This document shows, piece after piece, positions 47,324 to 55,964 of a stretch of 64,000 bases of DNA (within the stretch, counting starts at the first letter, position 1; every line of letters starts with the position of its first letter). Made by a program: the position numbers and the translations under genes. The notes under the pieces were generated by a model. It was not told the DNA's origin and did no database searches. It was given only the letters and a program-made list of their open reading frames with translations. This DNA comes from Candidatus Omnitrophota bacterium (GTDB lineage: Bacteria; Omnitrophota; Gorgyraeia; 2-01-FULL-45-10): assembly GCA_020057115.1 (NCBI GenBank), contig JAGVGJ010000032.1, positions 23,722-87,721 of the forward strand. Direction: 5' to 3'.

Positions 47324-48284
47324 CCCCGTAATGGATCCGCATAGCTTCTTCCACTAAATATGAGGCCATATCTATGCGGTCACGCCTGCGCCCATTATTC
47401 TCAAGAATTACGCTGTTCAGGCTATCGAGGTCCTGTAAAAGAATGCCCTCGATATTACCGGCTTCCGGCTCTATATCCCTTGGCACCGCAAGATCGTATA
47501 TATAAAGAGGCCGGCCCCGTTTTTTGATCGCGCCCGACAGATCTTCTCTCTTTAAGACAAAATGCGGGCTCGACGTAGCACATACAAGCGCATCCGCTTT
47601 TAAAATTATCTGCGGAAGATCTTTCAAGAGCGCAACTTCACCGTCTGAGCGTCCGGCCAATCTCTTCGCTTTTTCGAAATTTTTGCGCGCAACGAATGTA
47701 AGGCCGATATTTACCGGCCTACAGTTTGCGATGAGCTCGGCTATCTTGCCGGTACCGACTACGATAAGGCGCAGCCCGCCTTTCGGTTTTATGCGAGATG
47801 AGATATCGTTAAAGACGATCGTCGATATGTTATCCATATCCTGATCGAGCCTTGAACGGATTCGGATATCTTTCGATAGCGCCAATGCCTCATGCCACAA
47901 TCGGGAGATAGTAAAAGGAAGATCCGCCTTAAATGCCCAATTCTCGAGCTGCGACAGTATCTCTTTCTCCCCCTGAAATTGGGACTCGAGGCCAGCCGCA
48001 AGCCGAAGGGCATGGCGAAAGACATCTCTCTTGCCGTGCACAACATGCGCGTATCTTCGCAGATCAGGAAATGTATTGAAGAGCTTTTCGGCGCGGGTAA
48101 AAGCCTCGTCTCGATCGTCCGCAATGCCGTAAAGTTCTATGCGGTTGCATGTAGCAAGCAGAGCCGACTGGCGTGGCCCTGCGCTTTCACAGAAGCCGGC
48201 TATCGCCTTACTTTCGCGATAAATATGCTCGCGCGCGCTTAAGGGAGAGCTTTTGTGGTCTACTCCTATAAGATAGAAAAACAT
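47280..48284 (-). CDS. hemA: glutamyl-tRNA reductase (short form, ~334 aa)
   Basis: It has an N-terminal catalytic domain (TCNRIELY) and an NADPH-binding domain (VVGTGKIAE). The C-terminal dimerisation region appears absent. Confidence 0.7.
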   Translation of the reverse strand: MFFYLIGVDHKSSPLSAREHIYRESKAIAGFCESAGPRQSALLATCNRIELYGIADDRDEAFTRAEKLFNTFPDLRRYAHVVHGKRDVFRHALRLAAGLESQFQGEKEILSQLENWAFKADLPFTISRLWHEALALSKDIRIRSRLDQDMDNISTIVFNDISSRIKPKGGLRLIVVGTGKIAELIANCRPVNIGLTFVARKNFEKAKRLAGRSDGEVALLKDLPQIILKADALVCATSSPHFVLKREDLSGAIKKRGRPLYIYDLAVPRDIEPEAGNIEGILLQDLDSLNSVILENNGRRRDRIDMASYLVEEAMRIHYGDVYDKEYQGRNAIK

Positions 48285-48732
48285 CCCAGTGCTCCTTTAG
48301 GAAATTCTTAAGATCACGGCTCAAGACCGGGTCTTTTCCGTCTGTATATACGGCGACCAGGGCCTTGGATATGCGTAATATGGCGGGAGATATAAAATCG
48401 CTAGCTCGCGGTTTGTCGACTACATTGACCGGGACTTTCAGCTTTCTCGCCCATCGGCTGATATCTTCATTGGCCTTATTGTCTGAGGTGGCGACGATGA
48501 CAATGTCGGCCTTCTTTAAATCAGAGGCGCGTATGGCCCTCCTGGTCCATCTGATCTTGCGCAGCTTCACAAGGTTTTTCAAGCGCGACGTCAACGCTGG
48601 CGATACCACATGTAGTTTCGCGCCGGAGGCTAAGAATGAATCCGCTTTGCGCTCGGCGACCTTGCCGCCGCCCGCGATCAGTGCGGACTTTCCTTCCAAA
48701 TTTATTGCTATCGGATAATAAGAGAGTCTCAT
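48208..48732 (-). CDS. sirC: precorrin-2 dehydrogenase / sirohydrochlorin ferrochelatase (CysG N-terminal-like)
   Basis: Rossmann motif LIAGGGKVAERK. The start was trimmed to the ATG at 48730-48732. Confidence 0.65.
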   Translation of the reverse strand: MRLSYYPIAINLEGKSALIAGGGKVAERKADSFLASGAKLHVVSPALTSRLKNLVKLRKIRWTRRAIRASDLKKADIVIVATSDNKANEDISRWARKLKVPVNVVDKPRASDFISPAILRISKALVAVYTDGKDPVLSRDLKNFLKEHWDVFLSYRSRPQKLSLKRARAYLSRK

Positions 48733-48749
48733 TGGATTTATTTTTCGGA

Positions 48750-49685
48750 TCAAAACTCAAAATACTGGGTCATTGAAAAATATCTCTCCCCCGTATCGGG
48801 AAAGACAGTCACAACCCTCTTCCCGGCGCCTATCGCTTTCGCCACCTTCAAAGCTGCCCAGAGAGCCGCTCCCGAGGAAAAACCGCAGAATATGCCCTCT
48901 TGCCTTACTACCAGTTTTGCGGTTTCATAAGCATCCCGGTCCTTAACCACGATGATATCATCAATTACCGACCTATTCAAGATATCCGGAACAAAACCTG
49001 CTCCTATGCCCTGGATCTTATGCGGGCCTGCTGGCTTACCGGATAGGACCGCACTTGCCTCCGGCTCCACGGCTATGACCTTTATCTTTGGATCATATTC
49101 CTTCAGCACCTCTCCTATCCCTGTAATTGTCCCGCCCGTACCGACTCCCGCCACGAAGCAATCGAGCCTTCCCCCTGTCTGCTTAAGGATCTCTTTTGCC
49201 GTAGTCTTTCTGTGTATCTCCGGATTTGCCGGATGCTTGAATTGTTGCGGCATGAAGGCATTACGCGTCTTAGAGAATATCTCTTCCGCTTTCTTTATGG
49301 CGCCCTTCATCCCTTCGCTGCCTTTTGTGAGTACTACCTCGGCTCCGTAACTTCTCAGGATATGGATCCTCTCCAGGCTCATCGTCTCGGGCATGGTTAA
49401 TATACATCTATATCCTTTGACTGCCGAGACCATGGCTAGTCCTATGCCGGTATTCCCGCTCGTAGGTTCTATGATCGTCGATCCTGGCTTTACGATACCA
49501 TTTCGCTCGGCGTCTTCGATCATGGCAAGAGCTATCCTATCCTTTACGCTTCCGGCCGGATTTAACAGCTCGAGTTTGGCGAGTATCTCTGCCGAATCCG
49601 GGCCGGATATCTTTTTAAGTTTCACTAATGGCGTATTGCCGATAGACTCCAGGATATTCTCGCTCATCTTCAGATCTTCGCGCAT
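48750..49685 (-). CDS. cysK: cysteine synthase, copy 2
   Basis: It is a paralog of 42078..43013. The start was set to the ATG at 49683-49685, which has an AAGGAGG RBS. The track version starts 117 nt upstream and would overlap the PiT gene. Confidence 0.75.
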   Translation of the reverse strand: MREDLKMSENILESIGNTPLVKLKKISGPDSAEILAKLELLNPAGSVKDRIALAMIEDAERNGIVKPGSTIIEPTSGNTGIGLAMVSAVKGYRCILTMPETMSLERIHILRSYGAEVVLTKGSEGMKGAIKKAEEIFSKTRNAFMPQQFKHPANPEIHRKTTAKEILKQTGGRLDCFVAGVGTGGTITGIGEVLKEYDPKIKVIAVEPEASAVLSGKPAGPHKIQGIGAGFVPDILNRSVIDDIIVVKDRDAYETAKLVVRQEGIFCGFSSGAALWAALKVAKAIGAGKRVVTVFPDTGERYFSMTQYFEF

Positions 49686-49732
49686 TGCAATCCCCTCCTT
49701 ATATAATATTGCGTATTTCCCGCCGCGATCAT

Positions 49733-50704
49733 TTATCTCTTCAAGAAAAGGCCTGATAATAGATATGCTATTGCGACCGAAAGGACAGGCGTGATAGCCC
49801 ATACGATGAATGTCTTCTTGGTCAAGTGCTGATCTAATGTGTGTCTATGTCCGTCTTTTACGGAACTGATCGCAAATATCGAAGCAAGATTAAGCTGTAC
49901 CAGCGATTGCGGTATGCCCAAGAAAGAAGCGAATATAAGAAGCGTCGCCGTTACAAATGAGACGAGCGTCCCCGAAGCCTTCCCTAACGGCACTATCTCC
50001 CGCCCCACAGTCTCAAGGAGCTTTCCTCCCATCAACCAGGCCCCTAACCCGAATAGAGGAGCGATACATAACAATCCCAAGCGTATATCCAGGATACCCG
50101 CCCCGTATATAGGTCCGACGGCATTTGCGACATTATTCGTGCCGATCGCGAACGCGACATAGCAACTCGCTATTAAAGCGGATCTTTTCAGTTTCTTCTC
50201 GTTCGCGAACATCGTTTGATAAATATGAAGATTATCATGTTTGGGCGGATATATGAGCCTGTACAATATGAGGGTCAAGACATATGACGCCAGAGGCAAC
50301 AGGATCCACATCGGCAATATTTTATAGAACAATGTCTTCGTATTAAGATGCTGGAAGTGCATACCGACTCCTACGATCGCGCCGACAGTAACCTGGCTTG
50401 TGGATTGCGGGATCTTCAGCATGTTCGCCAGAAATAGGCTTGATGTCGCGGAGCTTAAAATAACCAATACAGCCTCGAGGGTTATAAGCTCCTTCGGTAT
50501 CAAGCCTTTTCCCAGCGTCATCGCTACATTCCTACCCAGGATCACCGCACCGATGACAACAAAGACCCCGAATATGTACAGTGCGGTCTTCTTCTTTATC
50601 AGTTTGCCTCCGTAGGCGGCGGCAAAGGACGGAGCTACGCCGCTGGCGCCCATGTTAATGGCAAAGAATATGACCACTATGACCAACAATCCATACTTCA
50701 ACAT
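49733..50704 (-). CDS. PiT-family inorganic anion permease (possibly a CysP-type sulfate permease given context)
   Basis: Duplicated PiT motifs GTNNVANAVGP and NDVANA-like are present. It sits in a sulfur-assimilation context. Confidence 0.6.
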   Translation of the reverse strand: MLKYGLLVIVVIFFAINMGASGVAPSFAAAYGGKLIKKKTALYIFGVFVVIGAVILGRNVAMTLGKGLIPKELITLEAVLVILSSATSSLFLANMLKIPQSTSQVTVGAIVGVGMHFQHLNTKTLFYKILPMWILLPLASYVLTLILYRLIYPPKHDNLHIYQTMFANEKKLKRSALIASCYVAFAIGTNNVANAVGPIYGAGILDIRLGLLCIAPLFGLGAWLMGGKLLETVGREIVPLGKASGTLVSFVTATLLIFASFLGIPQSLVQLNLASIFAISSVKDGHRHTLDQHLTKKTFIVWAITPVLSVAIAYLLSGLFLKR

Positions 50705-50720
50705 CTCTATGCCTTCTTTC

Positions 50721-51434
50721 TTACTTCGCTGTCTTCTTTAGCGGCCTCGTGTGTATCCCGCATTCTCCGCCGCACTTTGAGGTGCCTATCCAGCGGCCGG
50801 CGCGCTCATTGTCATCATTCGTTATCTTTGAGCACGGCGCGCAACCGAGCGAGCGGTACCCTTCAGCGTAGAGAGGATTGACCGGGACCTGATAGAGCGC
50901 GAGATATTGCCATACTTCGCGTTCTTTCCAGATGAGAATAGGATTCAACTTCACCAAGCCCTTGTCTCTCTCCTCGACCTCTTTAAAGTCGGTCCGCGTG
51001 CGCCCCTCTGTGCAGCGCAGGCCCGTCACCCAGCACTTAACATGCATCTCTTCGATAGCCTGCTGGACAGGCTCGACTTTCAGTATGTCGCAACATTTGT
51101 CCGGATCGGTCAAGTAAAGTTTATCGGATATAGGAGCGTCGTTCTTATAGACCTTTGTCTCCGGATACCTCTTCACGACCTCGCCCATGAACTTAACCGT
51201 CTCCGGCGGCTTGAACCTGGTAGTTACAACGAAGCCGCGTATCTTCGGGTTCACTCTCTTGGCCAAGTCCCACACCACGACAGAATCCTTTCCGAGAGAA
51301 TTGGCTACGACCAGAGAATCGCCGTATTTCTCATACGCCTCTTTTATAAGTTGTTTAGACCTCTCCACCTTCTCCTTAAAATTCAGCGTCTCCACTAATG
51401 TCTTCAGATCATCTTTATTATTCAACAGACTCAT
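50721..51434 (-). CDS. APS/PAPS reductase family protein (PP-loop SLGKDS; CC...CxxC Fe-S cysteines; C-terminal ECGIH)
   Basis: Motifs were read from the translation. The cysteine pairs suggest an Fe-S APS-reductase type. Confidence 0.65.
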   Translation of the reverse strand: MSLLNNKDDLKTLVETLNFKEKVERSKQLIKEAYEKYGDSLVVANSLGKDSVVVWDLAKRVNPKIRGFVVTTRFKPPETVKFMGEVVKRYPETKVYKNDAPISDKLYLTDPDKCCDILKVEPVQQAIEEMHVKCWVTGLRCTEGRTRTDFKEVEERDKGLVKLNPILIWKEREVWQYLALYQVPVNPLYAEGYRSLGCAPCSKITNDDNERAGRWIGTSKCGGECGIHTRPLKKTAK

Positions 51435-51470
51435 TTTTCTTCTCCTTTTGTTTTTCCTTTTTCTATAAAT

Positions 51471-51512
51471 AAAAAAACCCGCATTCCTTTTAGCTCTCTT
51501 CCGGCAGCGGGT
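51471..51512 (-). terminator. intrinsic terminator/attenuator: GC stem (CCCGC...GCGGG) followed by T7 on the minus strand, between the Rrf2 gene and the APS-reductase gene
   Basis: Minus-strand GACCCGCTGCCGGAAGAGAGCTAAAAGGAATGCGGGTTTTTTTATT. Confidence 0.45.
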
Positions 51513-51624
51513 CGTCTATCTTATGTGCTATATTGTCACATAAAACATCCTCCGCGCGCAAGAGAGCCACGCATTTGCATACAACACATCATTCCATAAC
51601 AATTAACTGCCATCGACATCTCCC

Positions 51625-52065
51625 TTAAATAGAATAAGCTGCTATATTCTGTGCAGCGCTTATCTCCTTGACCATGTCTTCGAAAGTCGTGTTGTCTACT
51701 ATTTCGGATGTTACCTGAAAGACCTTTTTCCAGATGCCCCTGAACGCGCATTTATATATATCTCCGCACTTTGAATAGCCTTCCTTTACACATGCGATCG
51801 GCTCTATAGGGCCATCCATGAACCTTATAACCTCTCCTATTGTTATAGCCTCCGGGGGTTTAGACAGAAGATATCCACCCACTTTACCGCGCCTTGACTC
51901 GATAAAACCGCCCCTTTTTAAGTCTAATAGTACCTGCTCTAAGAATTTTACAGGGGCATCTATGTGCTTTGCCACCTCATGTATGGTCACCGGAGCCCCA
52001 CCATAATGAAGAGCTAGGTCTAATACTGCTTTTAGTGCGTAATCTCCCTTAAAAGTGATCTTCAT
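51625..52065 (-). CDS. Rrf2-family transcriptional regulator (IscR/CymR-like)
   Basis: It has an N-terminal wHTH (ALKAVLDLALHYGG...PVTIHEVAKH). It is positioned upstream of the cysteine/sulfur genes. Confidence 0.7.
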   Translation of the reverse strand: MKITFKGDYALKAVLDLALHYGGAPVTIHEVAKHIDAPVKFLEQVLLDLKRGGFIESRRGKVGGYLLSKPPEAITIGEVIRFMDGPIEPIACVKEGYSKCGDIYKCAFRGIWKKVFQVTSEIVDNTTFEDMVKEISAAQNIAAYSI

Positions 52066-52105
52066 GACAACCTCTATATCTCTATAATCTCTATTAACAT
52101 AGTAT

Positions 52106-52134
52106 AGTATACATTAAAATAAAAATAGTGTCAA
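52106..52134 (-). promoter_or_regulatory. consensus sigma70 promoter for the Rrf2 gene (TTGACA-17nt-TATACT)
   Basis: The -35 is at 52129-52134 and the -10 at 52106-52111 on the minus strand. The start codon lies 41 nt downstream and has a GAGG RBS. Confidence 0.6.
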
Positions 52135-52140
52135 GTCTTT

Positions 52141-52179
52141 TTTAAAAAAATTCAGCCCATCCAAAACGGATGAGCTGAA
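52141..52179 (-). terminator. intrinsic terminator on the minus strand (TTCAGCTCATCC-gtttt-GGATGGGCTGAA followed by T7)
   Basis: It is a 12-bp stem with one mismatch, followed by TTTTTTT. It lies downstream of the btuB-like gene and its repeat-rich trailer. Confidence 0.6.
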
Positions 52180-52304
52180 TAATTTGGTGAGGGGGTATCC
52201 CTCTCACTATATACGTATCTCTGAAATCATTGTTGCTATTATACAGTTATGAATCATAAGGAACAAGGAATTTCTGAAATCAGAGAGGTGCGTTTTAGAG
52301 AACT

Positions 52305-52460
52305 ATTCGGACATGTCTAAAGGCTCGAAAATGTCCACTTAAGGGACAAAAATCGCTTATTTTGTCCAATTCTGTCCGGACTTTTCGATAGACATTTTAC
52401 ATAACTTCTTTAAACGCAAGCGGATACAAAATGTCCATCTTTTTGGGTGGACATTTTGGA
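52305..52460. repeat. cluster of at least 7 copies of a ~10-nt motif (T/A)GGACA(T/A)TTT in both orientations, including palindrome AAAATGTCCA-n10-TGGACATTTT (52428-52457)
   Basis: The sequence is read directly. The spacing is irregular and the region is non-coding. Confidence 0.6.
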
Positions 52461-52493
52461 TTTAGACGATTTATGCCCAGTAACTTTACGGAA

Positions 52494-54494
52494 CTAAAAA
52501 TCCCCGCTTATCCCAATCTCGAATGTTCTGCCAGGCTCCGGAGTAAAGTAATTAATTCTTCCGCGCTTATATCCGGAAGAATTGTACTCTTTATTAAGTA
52601 TGTTATATGCAGCAACAAATACCTCAAGCCACTTATATTTGTATGATATCTTCGCATCTAATGTATTGTAATGGCCAAGCACATCGACATTGGCCGCATC
52701 TATGTATGTTTTCCCCACCCATGTTGATGCCACATAAGCCGTAAAACCGAAATCCGTATATATATTCATCCCGATGGTTCCTTTATTAATCGGAACGTTA
52801 ACTAGAAATTTATTCTTAAAAGCGCCGTCGCTGTCATCCACGGCTCTCGTATACGTATAATTACCGAAGAACGACACGGGGTCCGTAATTTTATAATCTG
52901 CGCTTACTTCTATGCCATCGTGAAACGTCCTGCCATAATTTTGATATTGTCTGCTGGCATTGTCATACCAGATCTCATTATTTATCTTCATCCAATACAC
53001 GCTCACACTCGTCATAAGGCGCTCATTAAAATGATGGCGCACGCCTATTTCGTAGTTTGTAGCTTCCTCTGGCAATAAATTCGTATTAGCGGAGCTCCCA
53101 TAAGTAAACATCTGGCCTATGGTAGGAGCTCGAAAGGCTTGGCCAAAGTTTCCGTACAATTCGGAATCTTTCTGATAGGCCCATACTACACCACAACTGG
53201 GCGTTACTTTCGACATCAGCTTGTCTTTAGAATTTGATGGCAGCCTCCTATCATCAAAGTTAAACTTTATCCAGTCATAGCGCACTCCACAAATAATCTT
53301 CAGGGCTTCTAAAAGCCTGATCTCATCCTGAAGATATGGCCCTACCATGTTTCTTACGACATCGTAACTGGCGGTCGGTGCGCCGCGTCTATTTTGAAAT
53401 GGCGCATTATTCTCTTCATAATCAAAGTCGTTTCTCTCAAGGTCGATCCCAGTGACAAAAGAATGATTCATGTTTAATAATTCTGCTGTTGTCGTGAAGC
53501 GAACGGGCAGACCAAATGTATTCTCAGCCTCAATCTGCTCTCTTGTAGTGCTTTGTGTTGAACCGCTGGTATAAAATGACTCCATCCCGTCAAACCGATA
53601 ATAGAATACCGTGTCGAGATTAGAGGATGCTCCGATATCCCAGCTATGAGTAAGGTCCATCGAGAACTTATCCGCACCGGTGGAATCATTTTCTGTTCCG
53701 GGCCTGGCCTGACGCCTGTTTTGCGCGATCTGGGCCGCCGACAATGCCCACGGAAATGCCCCTTGAGTCTTAGCGCTGTAGTCGAAATTAAACTTTAAAT
53801 TATGGTCATCGTTTATTGAATAATCGAATTTACCATAGACTTGTATATTTTCATAATCGCCATGTTCGCGGAATCCGTTCGTCAGTCTGCTGCTTACGCC
53901 CATGTAATACCCGAAGCGGTTAAATTCCCCCGACAGATATGCTGCATAATTCTGTGTAGCATAGGTGCCGTATGAAAAAAAGACGCCGGCATGCGGGGCG
54001 CCGCTCGGTTTTTTAGTTATGATATTGATTACACCCGACATGGCATTATCGCCATAAAGGCTCGAGGCAGGTCCTCTCATAACTTCTATACGTTCGACAT
54101 TGTTGATAGGTATCAGATCCCAGTTCACCAACTTATCTTTGCCCTTATTTTGGGGTATCCCGTCCACTAAGACAAGTTGATGGCTCGACATTCCACCATA
54201 AAAACCGCGCATATTTATTGTCCCACCCGCGCCCACACCGGTGGCATCATACGCATAAATGCCCTGAAGATCTTTCAGGGCATCCGGGACGGTCTTGGCA
54301 TCAGACCTTTCTATATCTTTTTCTGTGACAATACTCACGCTGGCGGCGACATCCGACAACCCCTTTGCTACTCTGGATGGGGTTACTACTATAGGCTCGA
54401 GAGTCATGGCATTTGATGCGGCTGGTTTATCTTCGGCACGCGCCATACCGGCCATTGCCAGTAATAATACTACACAAATCCATATTTTCTTCAT
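52494..54494 (-). CDS. TonB-dependent outer-membrane receptor (BtuB-like corrinoid receptor by context)
   Basis: It has a signal peptide, a TonB-box-like EPIVVTPSR and a plug plus 22-strand barrel length. The terminal aromatic residue is F. A cobalamin riboswitch candidate lies upstream. Confidence 0.75.
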   Translation of the reverse strand: MKKIWICVVLLLAMAGMARAEDKPAASNAMTLEPIVVTPSRVAKGLSDVAASVSIVTEKDIERSDAKTVPDALKDLQGIYAYDATGVGAGGTINMRGFYGGMSSHQLVLVDGIPQNKGKDKLVNWDLIPINNVERIEVMRGPASSLYGDNAMSGVINIITKKPSGAPHAGVFFSYGTYATQNYAAYLSGEFNRFGYYMGVSSRLTNGFREHGDYENIQVYGKFDYSINDDHNLKFNFDYSAKTQGAFPWALSAAQIAQNRRQARPGTENDSTGADKFSMDLTHSWDIGASSNLDTVFYYRFDGMESFYTSGSTQSTTREQIEAENTFGLPVRFTTTAELLNMNHSFVTGIDLERNDFDYEENNAPFQNRRGAPTASYDVVRNMVGPYLQDEIRLLEALKIICGVRYDWIKFNFDDRRLPSNSKDKLMSKVTPSCGVVWAYQKDSELYGNFGQAFRAPTIGQMFTYGSSANTNLLPEEATNYEIGVRHHFNERLMTSVSVYWMKINNEIWYDNASRQYQNYGRTFHDGIEVSADYKITDPVSFFGNYTYTRAVDDSDGAFKNKFLVNVPINKGTIGMNIYTDFGFTAYVASTWVGKTYIDAANVDVLGHYNTLDAKISYKYKWLEVFVAAYNILNKEYNSSGYKRGRINYFTPEPGRTFEIGISGDF

Positions 54495-54496
54495 CT

Positions 54497-54650
54497 TTTC
54501 CTCCGTCGCGGATACTTTCCAGAATAGACAATCGACCGGACTCGCTCTTTATTTATAAGAGATTACCGTTGCGGGGCAGTGCTCCGGATTTCACGGAGAC
54601 TTCCTTTATCTATCCGGCTACATTCGCATGTTTTAATTAATATTCTATAC
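54497..54650 (-). ncRNA. candidate cobalamin (AdoCbl) riboswitch in the btuB-like 5' leader
   Basis: Minus-strand AAGGAAGTCTCCGTGAAATCCGGAGCACTGCCCCGCAACGGTAATC matches the conserved core ..GGAA..GGTGnAAnTCC....C.G.CCCGCnACnGTAA. A partial B12-box AGTCCGG lies downstream. Confidence 0.6.
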
Positions 54651-55167
54651 CGACCCTTCTTCGCATCCCTTTGTCATAGGGATGTTTGGTCTTTGCTATT
54701 TTACTCACAAGATCAGCGCGTCTGATCACCTCCCCTTTCGCGCCCCGGCCTGTTAATACGAGTTCCAAACCCCGGGGCTTTGATTTCATTATATGTAATA
54801 CTTCGTCTTTTTTTAAGAAACCGTCTCTTAGGGAAATTATTATTTCATCCAGGATAATCATATCGTATTTGTTGTTATTATAGAGTAATTCAATACATCG
54901 CAATCCTTTTAAGCACTCTCTTCGAACCTTATCCGGATTCAATTTCTTATAAAAATGCGGATGTTTCCTGGCAAACCCAAAAATATCCACCCCAATTTTT
55001 TTTAATATCTTATGTTCACCATAACCCCATCTTTTCGGGTCTTTATGAAAATATATGTAAGCGACTTTAAAACCGTGCCCCACAGCTCTTATGGCCAGCC
55101 CGATCGCTGCTGTAGTCTTTCCCTTGCCGGTGCCTGTATAGATATGAATTAAACCTTTTTTCGTCAT
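54637..55167 (-). CDS. cobO: corrinoid adenosyltransferase (CobA/CobO/BtuR type)
   Basis: A P-loop YTGTGKGKTTAA is present and the size is typical. Confidence 0.75.
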   Translation of the reverse strand: MTKKGLIHIYTGTGKGKTTAAIGLAIRAVGHGFKVAYIYFHKDPKRWGYGEHKILKKIGVDIFGFARKHPHFYKKLNPDKVRRECLKGLRCIELLYNNNKYDMIILDEIIISLRDGFLKKDEVLHIMKSKPRGLELVLTGRGAKGEVIRRADLVSKIAKTKHPYDKGMRRRVGIEY

Positions 55168-55964
55168 TTTTTACGTACCTTTCGCTTTTCTTCTTCCGAA
55201 ACAAGAATAATATATGGTTTTAAGGATATCGGGTTCTTTTCCACAACGACTACTGTCTTGTAAACATCTTCGATGGTCTTGTAATCCAGGACGTCCTGTG
55301 GCGAGCCTTCTTTATATACGGCACCTCCAGACAAGAGCGCCACCCTATCGCAATATTCGCTGGCAAGGTTAAGGTCATGCAGGATTATGATCACGGTAAG
55401 GGATAATTCTCTGTTTAACCTTTTCAATAGATCAAGAACTCGAACCTGATGCGTTATGTCAAGATGTGATGTGGGTTCATCCAGAAGAAGATATTTTGGC
55501 TCTTGCGCCAGAGCACGCGCGATCAGGACGAGCTGCCTTTCTCCGCCCGATATCTCTGACATAGCCCTATCCTTAAACTTAAGGGTATCGGTCAATGTCA
55601 TCGCGTTGTCGGCGATCTCTTCATCATGTTTCGTCTCCAGAAACTGAAGGCCTCTGTAATGAGGTATTCTCGAAAGAAGAACAAATTCCCCCACATTGAG
55701 GTCATCGGTAGATACGCTTTGAGAAACAACCGATATGGTTCTGGCCAGCTCCCTGAGATCTATATGCCATATGTTATTCCCCCGAAGGAGTATCTCTCCT
55801 TTTTCCGGTTTAAGGACACGGGTCATGGAGCGCAAAAGCGTTGTTTTGCCGGATCCGTTCGGGCCTATTATCCCGAAGAAACCGCCTTCTTCAATCGCAA
55901 GATTCACATCTTTAAGATGAAATCTCTTATCATAACCGCATGTCAGGTTCTTTATCTCAAACAA
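55164..55964 (-). CDS. ABC transporter ATP-binding protein (BtuD/FecE-like)
   Basis: Walker A GPNGSGKTT and an LSGGERQ signature are present. The start codon is TTG. Confidence 0.75.
   Translation of the reverse strand: MFEIKNLTCGYDKRFHLKDVNLAIEEGGFFGIIGPNGSGKTTLLRSMTRVLKPEKGEILLRGNNIWHIDLRELARTISVVSQSVSTDDLNVGEFVLLSRIPHYRGLQFLETKHDEEIADNAMTLTDTLKFKDRAMSEISGGERQLVLIARALAQEPKYLLLDEPTSHLDITHQVRVLDLLKRLNRELSLTVIIILHDLNLASEYCDRVALLSGGAVYKEGSPQDVLDYKTIEDVYKTVVVVEKNPISLKPYIILVSEEEKRKVRKK

Noticed and set aside
52305-52460. Possible CRISPR array (short repeats of GGACATTTT)
   Set aside because: The repeats are only ~10 nt, occur in both orientations with irregular 5-30-nt spacing, and have no cas genes nearby. 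This is not CRISPR-like.
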